Shown here: one piece after another, positions 29,972-39,554 of the stretch | Numbering within the stretch: position 1 is the first letter of the stretch | Layout of the letters: every line of letters starts with the position of its first letter | DNA from: an uncultured Alphaproteobacteria bacterium | Lineage (GTDB): Bacteria; Pseudomonadota; Alphaproteobacteria; Rhizobiales; Aestuariivirgaceae | Reading direction: 5' to 3' | Assembly (NCBI GenBank): GCA_963753025.1 | Contig: CAVWAY010000006.1 | Coordinates: 33,430-97,429, forward strand | Length of the DNA stretch: 64,000 bases | Notes under the pieces: generated by a model | Database searches by the model: none | Told to the model about the DNA's origin: nothing | The model's input: only the letters and a program-made list of their open reading frames with translations | Program-made: the position numbers and the translations under genes

Positions 29972-30772
29972 TTACACGGTTGGAATCGTCCCGCCGTCGA
30001 TCACATAATCCGCACCGTGGATCGAAGCCGCCCGATCGGATACGAGGAAGGCCACAAGTTCGGCGATTTCCTCGGGCCAGGCGGGGCGGCCGATTGGAAT
30101 TCCCCCCAGCGCCTTCATCACGCCAAGGCGGGCAGTTTCCTCATCCGTCTTTGAACTGTCTGCCAGGCGCCGGATCATGGCATCGGCAGCCGTGGTGCGG
30201 ATCCAGCCCGGCGAGACGGTATTGACGCGGATGCCCTTCGGCCCAAGTTCCTTGGACAGGGCTTTGCTGTAGGTGGAGAGCGCCGCCTTTGCCGCCGCAT
30301 AGGGCGTGGTTGATTCATGAAGCGGCAGGCGGTGCTGGATCGACGCGATATGAATGACCACACCCCGGCCCCGCGCAATCATCTCCGGCAAGAGAAGGCG
30401 GTCCAGCCGGACAGCAGTGAGAAGGTTCAGGTTCAGTTCTTCCTGCCAGAACTCTTCCGTTGCCGCTGCAAAGCCGCCGCCTGGCGTACGCGAACCTCCA
30501 AGGCAATGGATAAGAATGTTGATGCCGCCCATTTCTCGGCCGATGGCGGCAGCCAGCTCCTTGCTGCCTTCCGGCGTGCTGAGGTCGGCTTTAACAAAGA
30601 GCTGCGCCGCGCTGTTTTCAATTGCATGGCGCGCACTCGTCGCAACCATTGCGCCAGCCGCCGCCATCCGCCTGACGATGGCCGCACCTGCGCCTTTGGT
30701 GCCGCCGGATACAAAGACACGCTGGCCCGCGAACTCGGCGGGATCAACTGCAAATTCAGGTGCCGCCGCCAT
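29972..30772 (-). CDS. SDR family oxidoreductase
   Basis: SGGTKGAG, YAAAK, VNTVSPG. Confidence 0.9.
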   Translation of the reverse strand: MAAAPEFAVDPAEFAGQRVFVSGGTKGAGAAIVRRMAAAGAMVATSARHAIENSAAQLFVKADLSTPEGSKELAAAIGREMGGINILIHCLGGSRTPGGGFAAATEEFWQEELNLNLLTAVRLDRLLLPEMIARGRGVVIHIASIQHRLPLHESTTPYAAAKAALSTYSKALSKELGPKGIRVNTVSPGWIRTTAADAMIRRLADSSKTDEETARLGVMKALGGIPIGRPAWPEEIAELVAFLVSDRAASIHGADYVIDGGTIPTV

Positions 30773-31098
30773 CAGGAAACCTCCAGCCCGGCTATTAACC
30801 CGACATCGAGCACAAACACGTAATGCAGCGTTGCCGGGCTGCCGGGAAAATTTCCCGAAACCAGCATGGCGATTTTGAAAGTGTCGCCGGTCCGCGCGAC
30901 GTCGGACACTTCGACAGTCACCCGGTATTTGCGCGTCGTCTCCGCCATCCAGGCGCGGATATCGGCGTGGCCCGTGTAAGTTTTTCCTTCGTCCCTGACC
31001 GTTGCGGCCTTGCTGAAAGCTAGAAGCATGGCATCGACATCGTGCCGGTTCACCGCATCGATGTAGCTTTTCAGGGATGGGGGCAGTTCATTCATCAT
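30772..31098 (-). CDS. NTF2/SnoaL-like protein
   Basis: YIDAVNRHD, ATVRDEG, SGNFPGSP. Confidence 0.85.
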   Translation of the reverse strand: MMNELPPSLKSYIDAVNRHDVDAMLLAFSKAATVRDEGKTYTGHADIRAWMAETTRKYRVTVEVSDVARTGDTFKIAMLVSGNFPGSPATLHYVFVLDVGLIAGLEVS

Positions 31099-31185
31099 GT
31101 TTGAGGCCTTTCAGGTTTTACAATTCCCGCCCGGAGGCGCCGGGACGAAATTGCGTCACCCCGGAAATGGCGCTATGCTGAACAA

Positions 31186-31566
31186 ATGACAAGAACCGAC
31201 GAAAAAGTAAGGTACTTACCTCCGGGTAAGCGCGAGGATCTGACGCCTGCAACGGCTGCCAGCGGCGTGGAAAATATTCTCCGCATCCTGGAGGGCCGCT
31301 GGAAGCTGGTGATTTTATTCCATCTCTTCGGAGGCAAGGTTTTGCGCTTCTCCGACCTGGAGCGGGCCATTCCTGCCATTTCGCAGAAGATGCTGATCCA
31401 GCAGTTGCGCCAGTTGGAGGCCGACGGAATTGTCCGCCGCATTGTCCATCATCAGGTGCCGCCAAAGGTGGAGTATTGCCTCACCGGCTGGGGGCAAGCC
31501 CTGTGTCCCGCACTCGACGCCCTGCTGAAATGGGCGGAACTGCGCGAAACGAATTCTCCTGCGTAA
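31186..31566 (+). CDS. HxlR family transcriptional regulator
   Basis: GRWKLVIL, ISQKMLIQQLRQLE, VPPKVEY. Confidence 0.92.
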   Translation: MTRTDEKVRYLPPGKREDLTPATAASGVENILRILEGRWKLVILFHLFGGKVLRFSDLERAIPAISQKMLIQQLRQLEADGIVRRIVHHQVPPKVEYCLTGWGQALCPALDALLKWAELRETNSPA

Positions 31567-32208
31567 CTACTGCCCTTCGAGCTTGCTCGCTGCGATCACC
31601 GCCTGGGTGCGGCTGGCCACGCCGAGTTTCAGCAGGATGGCCGAGACATGGGCCTTGACCGTTGCCTCGGAAACATTGAGCGCGTGGGCGATCTGCTTGT
31701 TGAGCAGGCCTTCCTTCAGCATCATCAACACGCGGATTTGCTGCGCCGTGAGCGAGGCCACGCGCCGTGCGATATCCGCCGTTTCTGGGTCGGCGGGCAG
31801 CTCCTGCTGGGCCCATGGCGGCGTCCAGACGCCGCCGGCAAGAACCGTTTCGACCGCCTCGATGATTGTCGCCGTCCCGGCTGATTTCGGAATGAACCCG
31901 GACGCCCCGAGATCAAGCGACTTCTGCACGATGCCCGCCTCCTCGCTGGCCGAGACGATGACCACCGGGATATTGGGATATTGCGAGCGGAGATAGATCA
32001 GGCCCGAAAGCCCCTGCACTCCCGGCATGCGCAAATCAAGCAGGACCAGGTCACAGGCATCGTCCTTGGCGAGTTGGGCAATCAAGGTGTCGAGCGAGCC
32101 CGCCTCGGAAATATCGAGCTGGGACTTGCCTGTGCCCAAGGCATTGCGCAGGGCCTCGCGGAACAGGGGATGGTCATCGACGATCAAGATCCGCGCGTCG
32201 GCCATCAC
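31567..32208 (-). CDS. NarL/LuxR family response regulator (CrbR/ErdR-like)
   Basis: DDHPLFR, LLDLRMPG, GLLNKQIA, TVKAHVSAIL. Confidence 0.92.
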   Translation of the reverse strand: MMADARILIVDDHPLFREALRNALGTGKSQLDISEAGSLDTLIAQLAKDDACDLVLLDLRMPGVQGLSGLIYLRSQYPNIPVVIVSASEEAGIVQKSLDLGASGFIPKSAGTATIIEAVETVLAGGVWTPPWAQQELPADPETADIARRVASLTAQQIRVLMMLKEGLLNKQIAHALNVSEATVKAHVSAILLKLGVASRTQAVIAASKLEGQ

Positions 32209-32293
32209 TGCTCCCCGTTGCCTTTTTCGAGGCAGATGCTAGTCCAGTTGCTATACGTTGTCCAAGGCGCCTGTCGCCCGAGGGTTTGAAGCA

Positions 32294-33127
32294 ATGAAAA
32301 ACGTTGAGCTTGCTGGCGGCGAGAAAGTCCCGGCCCTGGGCCTTGGAACCTGGAAGATGGGCGTGGGAGGTGCCGACGAGGCGGCCCAGCTCCGTGCCCT
32401 GCAAACTGGCATCGCCCAGGGCATGACCCTGATCGACACCGCTCAAATATATGACGATGGCCGTTCGGGGCAACTGGTCGCCAAGGTCATCGCCGGACAG
32501 CGCGGCAAGATTTTTCTCGTGTCAAAGGTGCTGCCGCAGAAAGCCAGCAGGCAGGGCACGGTCAAAGCCTGTGAGGCCAGCCTCAAGCGGCTCAGGACCG
32601 ATGTCCTCGATCTCTATCTGCTGCACTGGCGCGGCTCGCATCGCCTGGCTGATACCTTTGCAGCGTTTGAAGCATTGAAGGACGCAGGCAAGATCAGATA
32701 TTACGGCGTCAGCAATTTCGATGTGGGTGATCTGGAGGGCTTGTACGCCGAAGTTCCGAACAATTCCTGTGCCGCCAATCAGGTCATATACAATCTGTCC
32801 GACCGCGGCATTGAATGGGATCTCTATCCGAAATCCCGCAAGGAGAAGATGGCAATCATGGCTTACTGCCCTTTGGGTCAAGGCAGTCTGATTGACAATC
32901 CGGGCCTTGCGCCCATCGCCAAAAAGCACAACGTGACAAACGCTGCAATTGCTCTCGCATTTACCTTGAGGTTGCCGGGCATGATCTCAATCCCCAAGAG
33001 CAGCCACGAGAAACGGATATTGGAAAATGCCGTGGCTGCTGATCTCGTGCTCGATGCGGAAGACCTTAAGAAGCTGGACCAAATTTTTCCGCCGCCCCGT
33101 GGAAAAGTCTCGCTTGCGATAACTTAG
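32294..33127 (+). CDS. Aldo/keto reductase
   Basis: LGLGTW, IDTAQIY, DLYLLHW, GVSNF, IPKS. Confidence 0.92.
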   Translation: MKNVELAGGEKVPALGLGTWKMGVGGADEAAQLRALQTGIAQGMTLIDTAQIYDDGRSGQLVAKVIAGQRGKIFLVSKVLPQKASRQGTVKACEASLKRLRTDVLDLYLLHWRGSHRLADTFAAFEALKDAGKIRYYGVSNFDVGDLEGLYAEVPNNSCAANQVIYNLSDRGIEWDLYPKSRKEKMAIMAYCPLGQGSLIDNPGLAPIAKKHNVTNAAIALAFTLRLPGMISIPKSSHEKRILENAVAADLVLDAEDLKKLDQIFPPPRGKVSLAIT

Positions 33128-33130
33128 AGT

Positions 33131-33319
33131 TCAATTCGCCTCATCGTCATCCAATTGCTCCTCGTTCTCAACGGCGGGGATGGCATAGTTGCCGCCCAGC
33201 CAGCGGTTGAGGTCGATCTGTGAACAGCGCGCCGAACAGAAGGGATGGAACTTCTGCACGGAGGGCTTGCTGCAGATGGGGCAAGGCCGGCGCGGTTTAA
33301 GGCGGACAGGCTCGGCCAT
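33131..33319 (-). CDS. yacG: DNA gyrase inhibitor YacG
   Basis: [22 protein letters not shown]. Confidence 0.93.
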   Translation of the reverse strand: MAEPVRLKPRRPCPICSKPSVQKFHPFCSARCSQIDLNRWLGGNYAIPAVENEEQLDDDEAN

Positions 33320-33957
33320 CAGACACTCGCTGAAGCAGTCGTCATCCAGTAATGAAGCACCGGATAGCCCGCGCCTTCCAGCAAATGCACGGTTTCGTAG
33401 AGGGGAAGTCCCATCACGCCCGAGTAAGAACCCGTTAACTGGCGCACGAAGGCTTCGGCCCGGCCCTGAATGGCATATCCGCCCGCCTTGCCGCGCCACT
33501 CATCGGACTTGAGATAGCTCTCAATGTCTTCCCGCGAAAGCCGCTTCAGCCTGACTTTGGTTTCATTGCAGCGTGTGGTTTTCTGCCCATTCGGGGCAAT
33601 GATGCAGACCGTGGAATAAACCCAGTGCGAACGGCCCGAAAGCAGGGTGAGGCAGGCATAGGCCTCCTTGCGAGTTTCGGCCTTGGGCAGGATGCGGCGT
33701 CCCAGCCCGACGACCGTGTCAGCCGCGAGGATGAACACCCCCGAGCCTAAAGCCTGCACCTGCGGCGCGTGGATGGCGGCCTTGGCCTTTTCTTCGGCCA
33801 GGCGGATTGAAAGCCGGCGCGGCGTTTCGCGCCGTTTCGGCGTTTCATCGAGATCGGTGGGATTGAGCAGGTCGGGCGCCAGGCCCATGCGTTCCAAGAG
33901 CATCAAACGCCGCGGCGAAGCACTGGCCAGGACAAGCTTAACGCGGGTATCAGCCAT
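33319..33957 (-). CDS. maf: Maf family nucleoside triphosphate pyrophosphatase
   Basis: [29 protein letters not shown]. Confidence 0.93.
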   Translation of the reverse strand: MADTRVKLVLASASPRRLMLLERMGLAPDLLNPTDLDETPKRRETPRRLSIRLAEEKAKAAIHAPQVQALGSGVFILAADTVVGLGRRILPKAETRKEAYACLTLLSGRSHWVYSTVCIIAPNGQKTTRCNETKVRLKRLSREDIESYLKSDEWRGKAGGYAIQGRAEAFVRQLTGSYSGVMGLPLYETVHLLEGAGYPVLHYWMTTASASV

Positions 33958-33963
33958 AAGGGC

Positions 33964-34185
33964 TTACTTGAAACGGTAGTTGATGCGGCCCTTGGTCAAG
34001 TCGTAGGGCGTCATTTCAACCATCACGCGGTCGCCAGCGAGAACCCGGATACGGTTCTTGCGCATCTTGCCCGCCGTGTGGGCAATAATTTCATGATTGT
34101 TATTGTCGAGCAGCACGCGAAACGTCGCGTTGGGCAAAAGCTCGGACACCGTGCCCTCAAATTCCAATAGTTCTTCTTTCGCCAT
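33964..34185 (-). CDS. infA: Translation initiation factor IF-1
   Basis: [31 protein letters not shown]. Confidence 0.98.
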   Translation of the reverse strand: MAKEELLEFEGTVSELLPNATFRVLLDNNNHEIIAHTAGKMRKNRIRVLAGDRVMVEMTPYDLTKGRINYRFK

Positions 34186-34303
34186 GAATCTTTCCGGTTG
34201 TTAAAGGAAGCGCCGCGATAAATGGACCTCTTGGCCGCCAAATGCAAGGGTAGTGATTAACCGTGGCATTTACAAGAACAGCCGGATTAGGCGGTCAATT
34301 GTC

Positions 34304-35182
34304 TCATTTCTCGGCTTGATGCACCGCAACACCGATGACCACCAAAGCCACGCCTGCCAGTTCCGCAGGCGTTGGAAACTGCCTGAGCACAACAACGCCA
34401 ATGACCGTGGCGGTGGCCGGCAACAATGCCAGCAACAGGGCGAAACTTGCGCGCGGCAAGCGCGCCATGGCGAATTGATCGCAGACATAAGGGATGACCG
34501 ACGAGCAAACGCCGACAACAATGCCGGCCCCAAGAAGTTCCGGAACCGTAAAAGCCACCGCCGCATCGGAAAATCCAATGGGCAGTGAAACGGCCAGGGC
34601 GATGAGCATCGCCATGCCCAACTGGTCAATGCCGCCTGCCGCACCCTTGCCCGCAATCCGGTGGCCGAGGACAATGTAAATGAGGAAGAGCGCACAATTG
34701 GCAAAGGCATAGAAATAGCCAATGGCCGCTCCTTCAAAACGGGCATTGGTCAGAATGTAGACTCCGCAAATGGCAATCAGCAGCGCACCGATATTGCGCA
34801 TGGTGCGCATTCCATAGGCGGCAAGACCGATGGGACCCAGAAATTCGATGGCGCCCACGGTGCCAAGCGGCAAATGCGCAAGGGCCAGATAGAAGGTCGA
34901 GTTCATCAAGGCCAGTGCCACGCCGAGCCCCACCACGATCCAGCGCTCGCCTCTATTCAGCAAAATAAAGAACCGCCACGGCCTTCGCCAAATGGCGAAT
35001 ATGATGGCCGCCGTGGCAATGCGCAGCCAGGCCACGCCAAGGGGTTCAACGCGTGCAAAAAGCAGCACCGCAAAGGCCGGCCCGAGATAATGGAAAAAGG
35101 CGCTGATGACGAAATAGAGGTGCGGCGGCACACGGTCCGTCAATTTTGTCCGGGCATGGGTGGCGGAAGAGCTATCATTCAT
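34304..35182 (-). CDS. EamA/RhtA-like DMT exporter
   Basis: About 10 TM segments; LPLGTVGAIEFLGP. Confidence 0.88.
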   Translation of the reverse strand: MNDSSSATHARTKLTDRVPPHLYFVISAFFHYLGPAFAVLLFARVEPLGVAWLRIATAAIIFAIWRRPWRFFILLNRGERWIVVGLGVALALMNSTFYLALAHLPLGTVGAIEFLGPIGLAAYGMRTMRNIGALLIAICGVYILTNARFEGAAIGYFYAFANCALFLIYIVLGHRIAGKGAAGGIDQLGMAMLIALAVSLPIGFSDAAVAFTVPELLGAGIVVGVCSSVIPYVCDQFAMARLPRASFALLLALLPATATVIGVVVLRQFPTPAELAGVALVVIGVAVHQAEK

Positions 35183-35276
35183 GCCTACAAGATTTGCATG
35201 ACATAAGATAAAATTATATAAGGATACGAAGGTAGAAAGCTATTTTACTTTATATATTGAAGGTAATTTATAGAAA

Positions 35277-35750
35277 ATGCCTATGGAATCAAATCTGCTT
35301 GGCGATGACAAAAATGTCGACCTTCTCAGCTTGCTGCAAAGCGACCCGCGCATGTCGATTTCTGAACTTTCGCGCCGGGTGAAATTGTCGGCCCCCGCCG
35401 TAAAGGAGCGCGTCACCCGCCTGGAAGAGGCGGGCATCATTGCCGGCTATCGCCTTGACCTCAATCCAAAGGCCTTGGGCTTTCCGGTAACGGCCTTTGT
35501 CCGCATCCGGCCCATGCCCGGCCAATTGCCCAAGATCATCGCGCTAGCCCAATCCATGCCGGAAGTTTCCGAATGCCACCGCATTACCGGCGAGGATTGT
35601 TTCATTCTCAAGGTCCATCTTGATGCACTGGAGAATCTTGACGTTGTGCTCGACCGCTTTCTGGCCTTCGGCCAGACCACCACATCGATCATCCAGTCTT
35701 CACCCGTTCCGCCCCGCGGTCCGCCTTTGCCGAACGGGCTGACACGCTAA
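35277..35750 (+). CDS. Lrp/AsnC family transcriptional regulator
   Basis: LSAPAVKERVTRLEEAGII, ECHRITGED. Confidence 0.92.
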   Translation: MPMESNLLGDDKNVDLLSLLQSDPRMSISELSRRVKLSAPAVKERVTRLEEAGIIAGYRLDLNPKALGFPVTAFVRIRPMPGQLPKIIALAQSMPEVSECHRITGEDCFILKVHLDALENLDVVLDRFLAFGQTTTSIIQSSPVPPRGPPLPNGLTR

Positions 35751-36198
35751 ACGCCTCTCGCACCCTGCGCCGCGAACCTTGCCCTGATCCGCTTTTCCAG
35801 CCCGTCGCGCACCGCCCTGTAACTGTCGAGAATTTGTTCGCGGCTGCCGGCGGTGGCGGAGGGGTCCATGGTCGGCCAGTATTCGGTTTGAATCGCCATG
35901 GTGCGGGTCAGTTCCAAGGCCCAGTGGTGGGCCTCCGGCGACAGCGAGATGGCGAGATCGAAACTGGAGTCTTCGAGGTCGGCGAAAGTGTGCGGGCGGT
36001 GCTTGCCAAGCTCAATGCCGATTTCATCGAGCACAGTTGCAATAAAAGGATCGGTCTCACCGGGTTGACGCCTGCCGAGGCCACATAAACCCGGTGCCCG
36101 TAAAGATGTTTCATGATGGCGGCCGCCATCGGCGAGCGGATGACATTTTGCGTGCAGGCAAAAAGCACGGCATTTGGCAGGTCCCCCGGCACCGGCAA
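35747..36198 (-). CDS. Low molecular weight phosphatase/ArsC family protein, frameshift near 36060
   Basis: VLFACTQNVIRS (CX5R), SAGV, WPTMDP..YRAVRD. Confidence 0.85.
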
Positions 36199-36201
36199 AT
36201 C

Positions 36202-36681
36202 CTATCCGCGCCAGTGCAGGACACAGACCAGCGTGAACAGCCGCCGTGCCGTGTCAAAATCGATGTCGACCTTGCCGTTGAGCCTTTCCTTGAGAATTTC
36301 GCTGCCTTCGTTGTGCAGGCCGCGCCGCGCCATGTCGATGGTTTCAATCTGCGACGGCGTGGAGTGCCGGATGGCCTGGTAATAGCTTTCGCAAATCTGG
36401 AAGTAGTCTTTGACGATGACGCGGAACGGCGACATGGAGAGCCCGATGATCGCCAGCTTTTCTTCGCGCTCATCATAAATCTCGAAAAGCAGTCGCCCGT
36501 CCTGGGTCGAAAGCTGCAGGCGGTAGGGCCCTTCCTTGCCGTTCAGCAGGCCGAAGGAATTTTCTTCCAGAAGGTCATAGATGGCAACGCGCCGCTCATG
36601 CTCGGCTTCCGGCGAAGGGCCGGGGCCAATGCTGGCATCGAGATCGACAGCAATGAGGCGGTTTTTCTTGGAACTTGTCAT
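36202..36681 (-). CDS. UPF0262 family protein
   Basis: [35 protein letters not shown]. Confidence 0.92.
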   Translation of the reverse strand: MTSSKKNRLIAVDLDASIGPGPSPEAEHERRVAIYDLLEENSFGLLNGKEGPYRLQLSTQDGRLLFEIYDEREEKLAIIGLSMSPFRVIVKDYFQICESYYQAIRHSTPSQIETIDMARRGLHNEGSEILKERLNGKVDIDFDTARRLFTLVCVLHWRG

Positions 36682-36754
36682 GAATCGAGATTAGACGGAA
36701 AGCCCGCAAAGGCGCTAGCGCGCTTTGGTTTTTTATTGAAGCCCTTGGTAAAGA

Positions 36755-36830
36755 GGCCCTCATCCGCCCTGTCGGGCACCTTCTCCCGTCCGAAGGATGG
36801 GAGAAGGTGGCCGAAGGCCGGATGAGGGCC
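36755..36830. repeat. Palindromic intergenic element (alphaproteobacterial RIME/REP-like)
   Basis: Outer IR GGCCCTCATCCG/CGGATGAGGGCC, inner IR CACCTTCTCCC/GGGAGAAGGTG, plus side hairpins. Confidence 0.8.
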
Positions 36831-36865
36831 CTTCGGCACATGTTTCGATAGCTGACGATTATGTG

Positions 36866-37282
36866 CTAGTCACCGTGATGGGGCGTAAGATCGGTGGCCC
36901 AGGCTCCGCCCAGATCCTTCAGGTGCAGATCAAGATACTCAACATTGAGCCTGATGGTGCAGTTCGCCGAAAACGTGAGAACCACCGTGCCCGAGGGCTC
37001 CGGGCCAGGTTCAAAGGTGATAGCAAGAAGCGACAGAACGGCGTCTTTCGCTTGCGCCACGATACCTTGCTGCTTCACGCTGAGGACGTGCTCAAAATGC
37101 AGGCCGCTGCGCCGCCGCTCGGATTTGGGCTGCTGCTCCCAGGCAAAACGGTTGGCCACAAGGGCAAACTGGCGCGACTTGGCCAGATAGCGGATGTCGG
37201 CAAGCCGCACCAGGGCATCCTGCATGTGGGCGGAGATGACCTTTAAATCCTCCGCGTCTTTCGCCGTAAGTCTCAGCACCAA
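36866..37282 (-). CDS. DUF2948 family protein
   Basis: DAEDLKVISAHMQDA, NRFAWE, LSLLAI; directly after murA; TTG start. Confidence 0.88.
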   Translation of the reverse strand: MVLRLTAKDAEDLKVISAHMQDALVRLADIRYLAKSRQFALVANRFAWEQQPKSERRRSGLHFEHVLSVKQQGIVAQAKDAVLSLLAITFEPGPEPSGTVVLTFSANCTIRLNVEYLDLHLKDLGGAWATDLTPHHGD

Positions 37283-38576
37283 TCAGTTTCCCGCAAGCCG
37301 CTCGACATCAGCGCCGCAGGCCTGCAGCTTTTCTTCCAAGGCTTCAAAGCCGCGATCCAGGTGGTAGACGCGGTGGATCATCGTATCGCCTTCCGCCACG
37401 AGGCCGGCAATAACCAGCGAAACCGAGGCGCGCAAATCGGTGGCCATCACATCAGCACCGGTGAGTTTCTGCACGCCGCGCACTTCCGCCGTGTCGCCAT
37501 GGAGATGGATATCGGCGCCGAGCCGCGCCAGCTCCTGCACATGCATGAAGCGGTTTTCAAAAATCGTTTCGCGGATCATGGCGGTGCCCTTGGCCTTGGT
37601 CATCAGCGCCATAAGCTGCGCCTGAAGATCGGTGGGAAAACCGGGATAGGGATCAGTGTCGACATTCACCGGTTCAATGCCCTGTCCGTTGCGGGCGATG
37701 CGCAGCCCCTCGTTGCTGCGCTGGACCGAAACCCCGGCGCGCGTCAGGACATCAATCATCGATTCAAGATTGTCGGCCTTGGCGCCCTTCAACAGGACAT
37801 TGCCGCCCGTCATCGCGGCGGCCATGGCATAGGTGCCGGTTTCGATGCGGTCGGCAATCACCTCATGCTCGGCCCCATGCAGGCTGGTGACGCCGGTGAT
37901 TTTCAGGGTCGAAGTGTGGATGCCTTCGATCCTGGCGCCCATCTTCACCAGGCATTCCGCCACGTCGCCGATTTCCGGCTCCTGCGCGGCATTCTCGATG
38001 ATGGTGTCGCCCTTCGCCAGAACCGCCGCCATCAGCGCCGCATGGGTGGCGCCCACCGTGACCTTTCGGGAAATTGATATGAGCCCCCTTCAGCCCGTTC
38101 CTGGCTTTGGCAATGACATAGCCCGCGTCGATCTCGACTTCCGCCCCGAGCTTTTCCATGGCCATGATGTGGAGGTCAACCGGCCGGGTGCCGATGGCGC
38201 AGCCGCCGGGCAGCGAGACCTTGGCTTCACCGCAGCGCGCCAGAAGGGGCCCGAGCACCCAGAAACTGGCCCGCATTTTGGAAACCAGGTCATAAGGGGC
38301 TGTGGTGTCCACAATGCTCTTGGCCGAAATTTTCAGGGTTTCACCGGCCGTGGGGCTCTGCCCCGGGCGCTTGCCCGAAACCGTAATGTCAACCCCGTGA
38401 TTTTGCAGGATCCGCTGCAGGCGGAGCGCATCCACCAGGCGCGGAACATTGCGCAGCGTCAGTGTTTCGGGGGTGAGCAGCGCCGCGATCATCAGGGGCA
38501 AAGCAGCGTTTTTGGCGCCCGAGATATTGATGGTGCCGTTCAGTTTGTTGCCGCCGCGAATACGGATACGATCCAT
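37283..38576 (-). CDS. murA: UDP-N-acetylglucosamine 1-carboxyvinyltransferase, frameshift near 38065
   Basis: [39 protein letters not shown]. Confidence 0.95.
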
Positions 38577-38669
38577 TCAACACGTTCCCTTCAAAAGAAT
38601 CAGCAAAGCCGTCCCCGAAGGCCGCCGAAGCGCCGTTAACAAGCATAGATGGCACCTTTGGGGCAAGGT

Positions 38670-38813
38670 TTATTCGGAGGCCTTCTTTTCGGCCTTTGCA
38701 AGGGTCTTTTTAAGCCTGGCGAGGGATTTTCGCTTCAGGAGGTTAATCCGCAAGGCCTCCGCCAGCCGCTTGGTTTCGGCAGTGGAGCGCGGGGTTCGGG
38801 GTTTGTTGGCCAT
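38670..38813 (-). CDS. Small basic protein, 47 aa, upstream of murA (absent from the ORF track)
   Basis: MANKPRTPRSTAETKRLAEALRINLLKRKSLARLKKTLAKAEKKASE*, translated by hand. Confidence 0.65.
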   Translation of the reverse strand: MANKPRTPRSTAETKRLAEALRINLLKRKSLARLKKTLAKAEKKASE

Positions 38814-38904
38814 GGCCAAAAGATGGAAAAACCCGTGGATTCTGTCAAGTCATTGAGGGTTGCGAAAGGCCAAGGCCTGTGGCATGTGTCCCCCATTCTG
38901 GTGC

Positions 38905-38979
38905 GCTGCTGTAGCTCAGTGGTAGAGCACTCCATTGGTAATGGAGAGGTCGACAGTTCAATCCTGTCTAGCAGCACCA
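38905..38979 (+). tRNA. tRNA-Thr(GGT)
   Basis: GCTGCTGTAGCTCAGTGGTAGAGCACTCCATTGGTAATGGAGAGGTCGACAGTTCAATCCTGTCTAGCAGCACCA. Confidence 0.97.
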
Positions 38980-38983
38980 TTTT

Positions 38984-39554
38984 TCAATCCGGAAAATCCG
39001 CTTCCCCCAAATTCCCCTTGAACCAGGCGCTGCTGCCGCGCCCGGTAGTCTTCCGGCGGCTCAAAGCGTCCCGCCCAAATTCCCCGCTTGGCGCGCCGCG
39101 CCTCGGCTTCCAGGCGCACATAGGATAGGCTGTGGCGGGAATAGGCAACGGCCCAGCCCAGCCGCACCATCTCTCCGTTGATCTCGAGGTCGCCGCGCTT
39201 GCACACCGCAACGGCGCGGCCATAGCGGTCCGTTTCGATGGAGGTGCAGGAAACCTCCCCCTCCCGCACCAGGCTCCGCAGGGCATTCATCGCCTGCTTG
39301 CCGCAAGGATATTCGGCCCCATGCTTGTCCCGGCAGCTCTGCCGGTATTCCGGCGCATCGATACCATGGAGGCGGATATCCGTGCCGCCCCGGCGCAGCG
39401 AATCGCCATCAACCACCTGAAGCGATCCCACGCCCAGATCAGTCATGCCGAACTGCTTCATGGCCGCCAGCACAAGGGTGAGGACGATGAGGAAAAAGAC
39501 AGCATCGATGACGCTGCGATAGAACGGGCGCGGCCGCCGCCAGTAGCGGCTCAC
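38984..39554 (-). CDS. Thermonuclease (SNase) family protein, membrane-anchored; probable 3' frameshift near 39015
   Basis: VVDGDSL, IRLHGIDAPE, DRYGR, MVRLGWA, RGIWAG; alternative frame ends ..GEADFPD* before the tRNA. Confidence 0.85.

Noticed and set aside
38040-38090. Programmed frameshifting or true pseudogene status for murA and the other split genes
   Set aside because: No shared slippery motif, too many unrelated genes affected, and all catalytic motifs intact; assembly error is more parsimonious
38958-38983. Thermonuclease ORF running into tRNA-Thr
   Set aside because: A one-base shift in the G run near 39015 gives a stop at 38984, before the tRNA; likely an indel artefact
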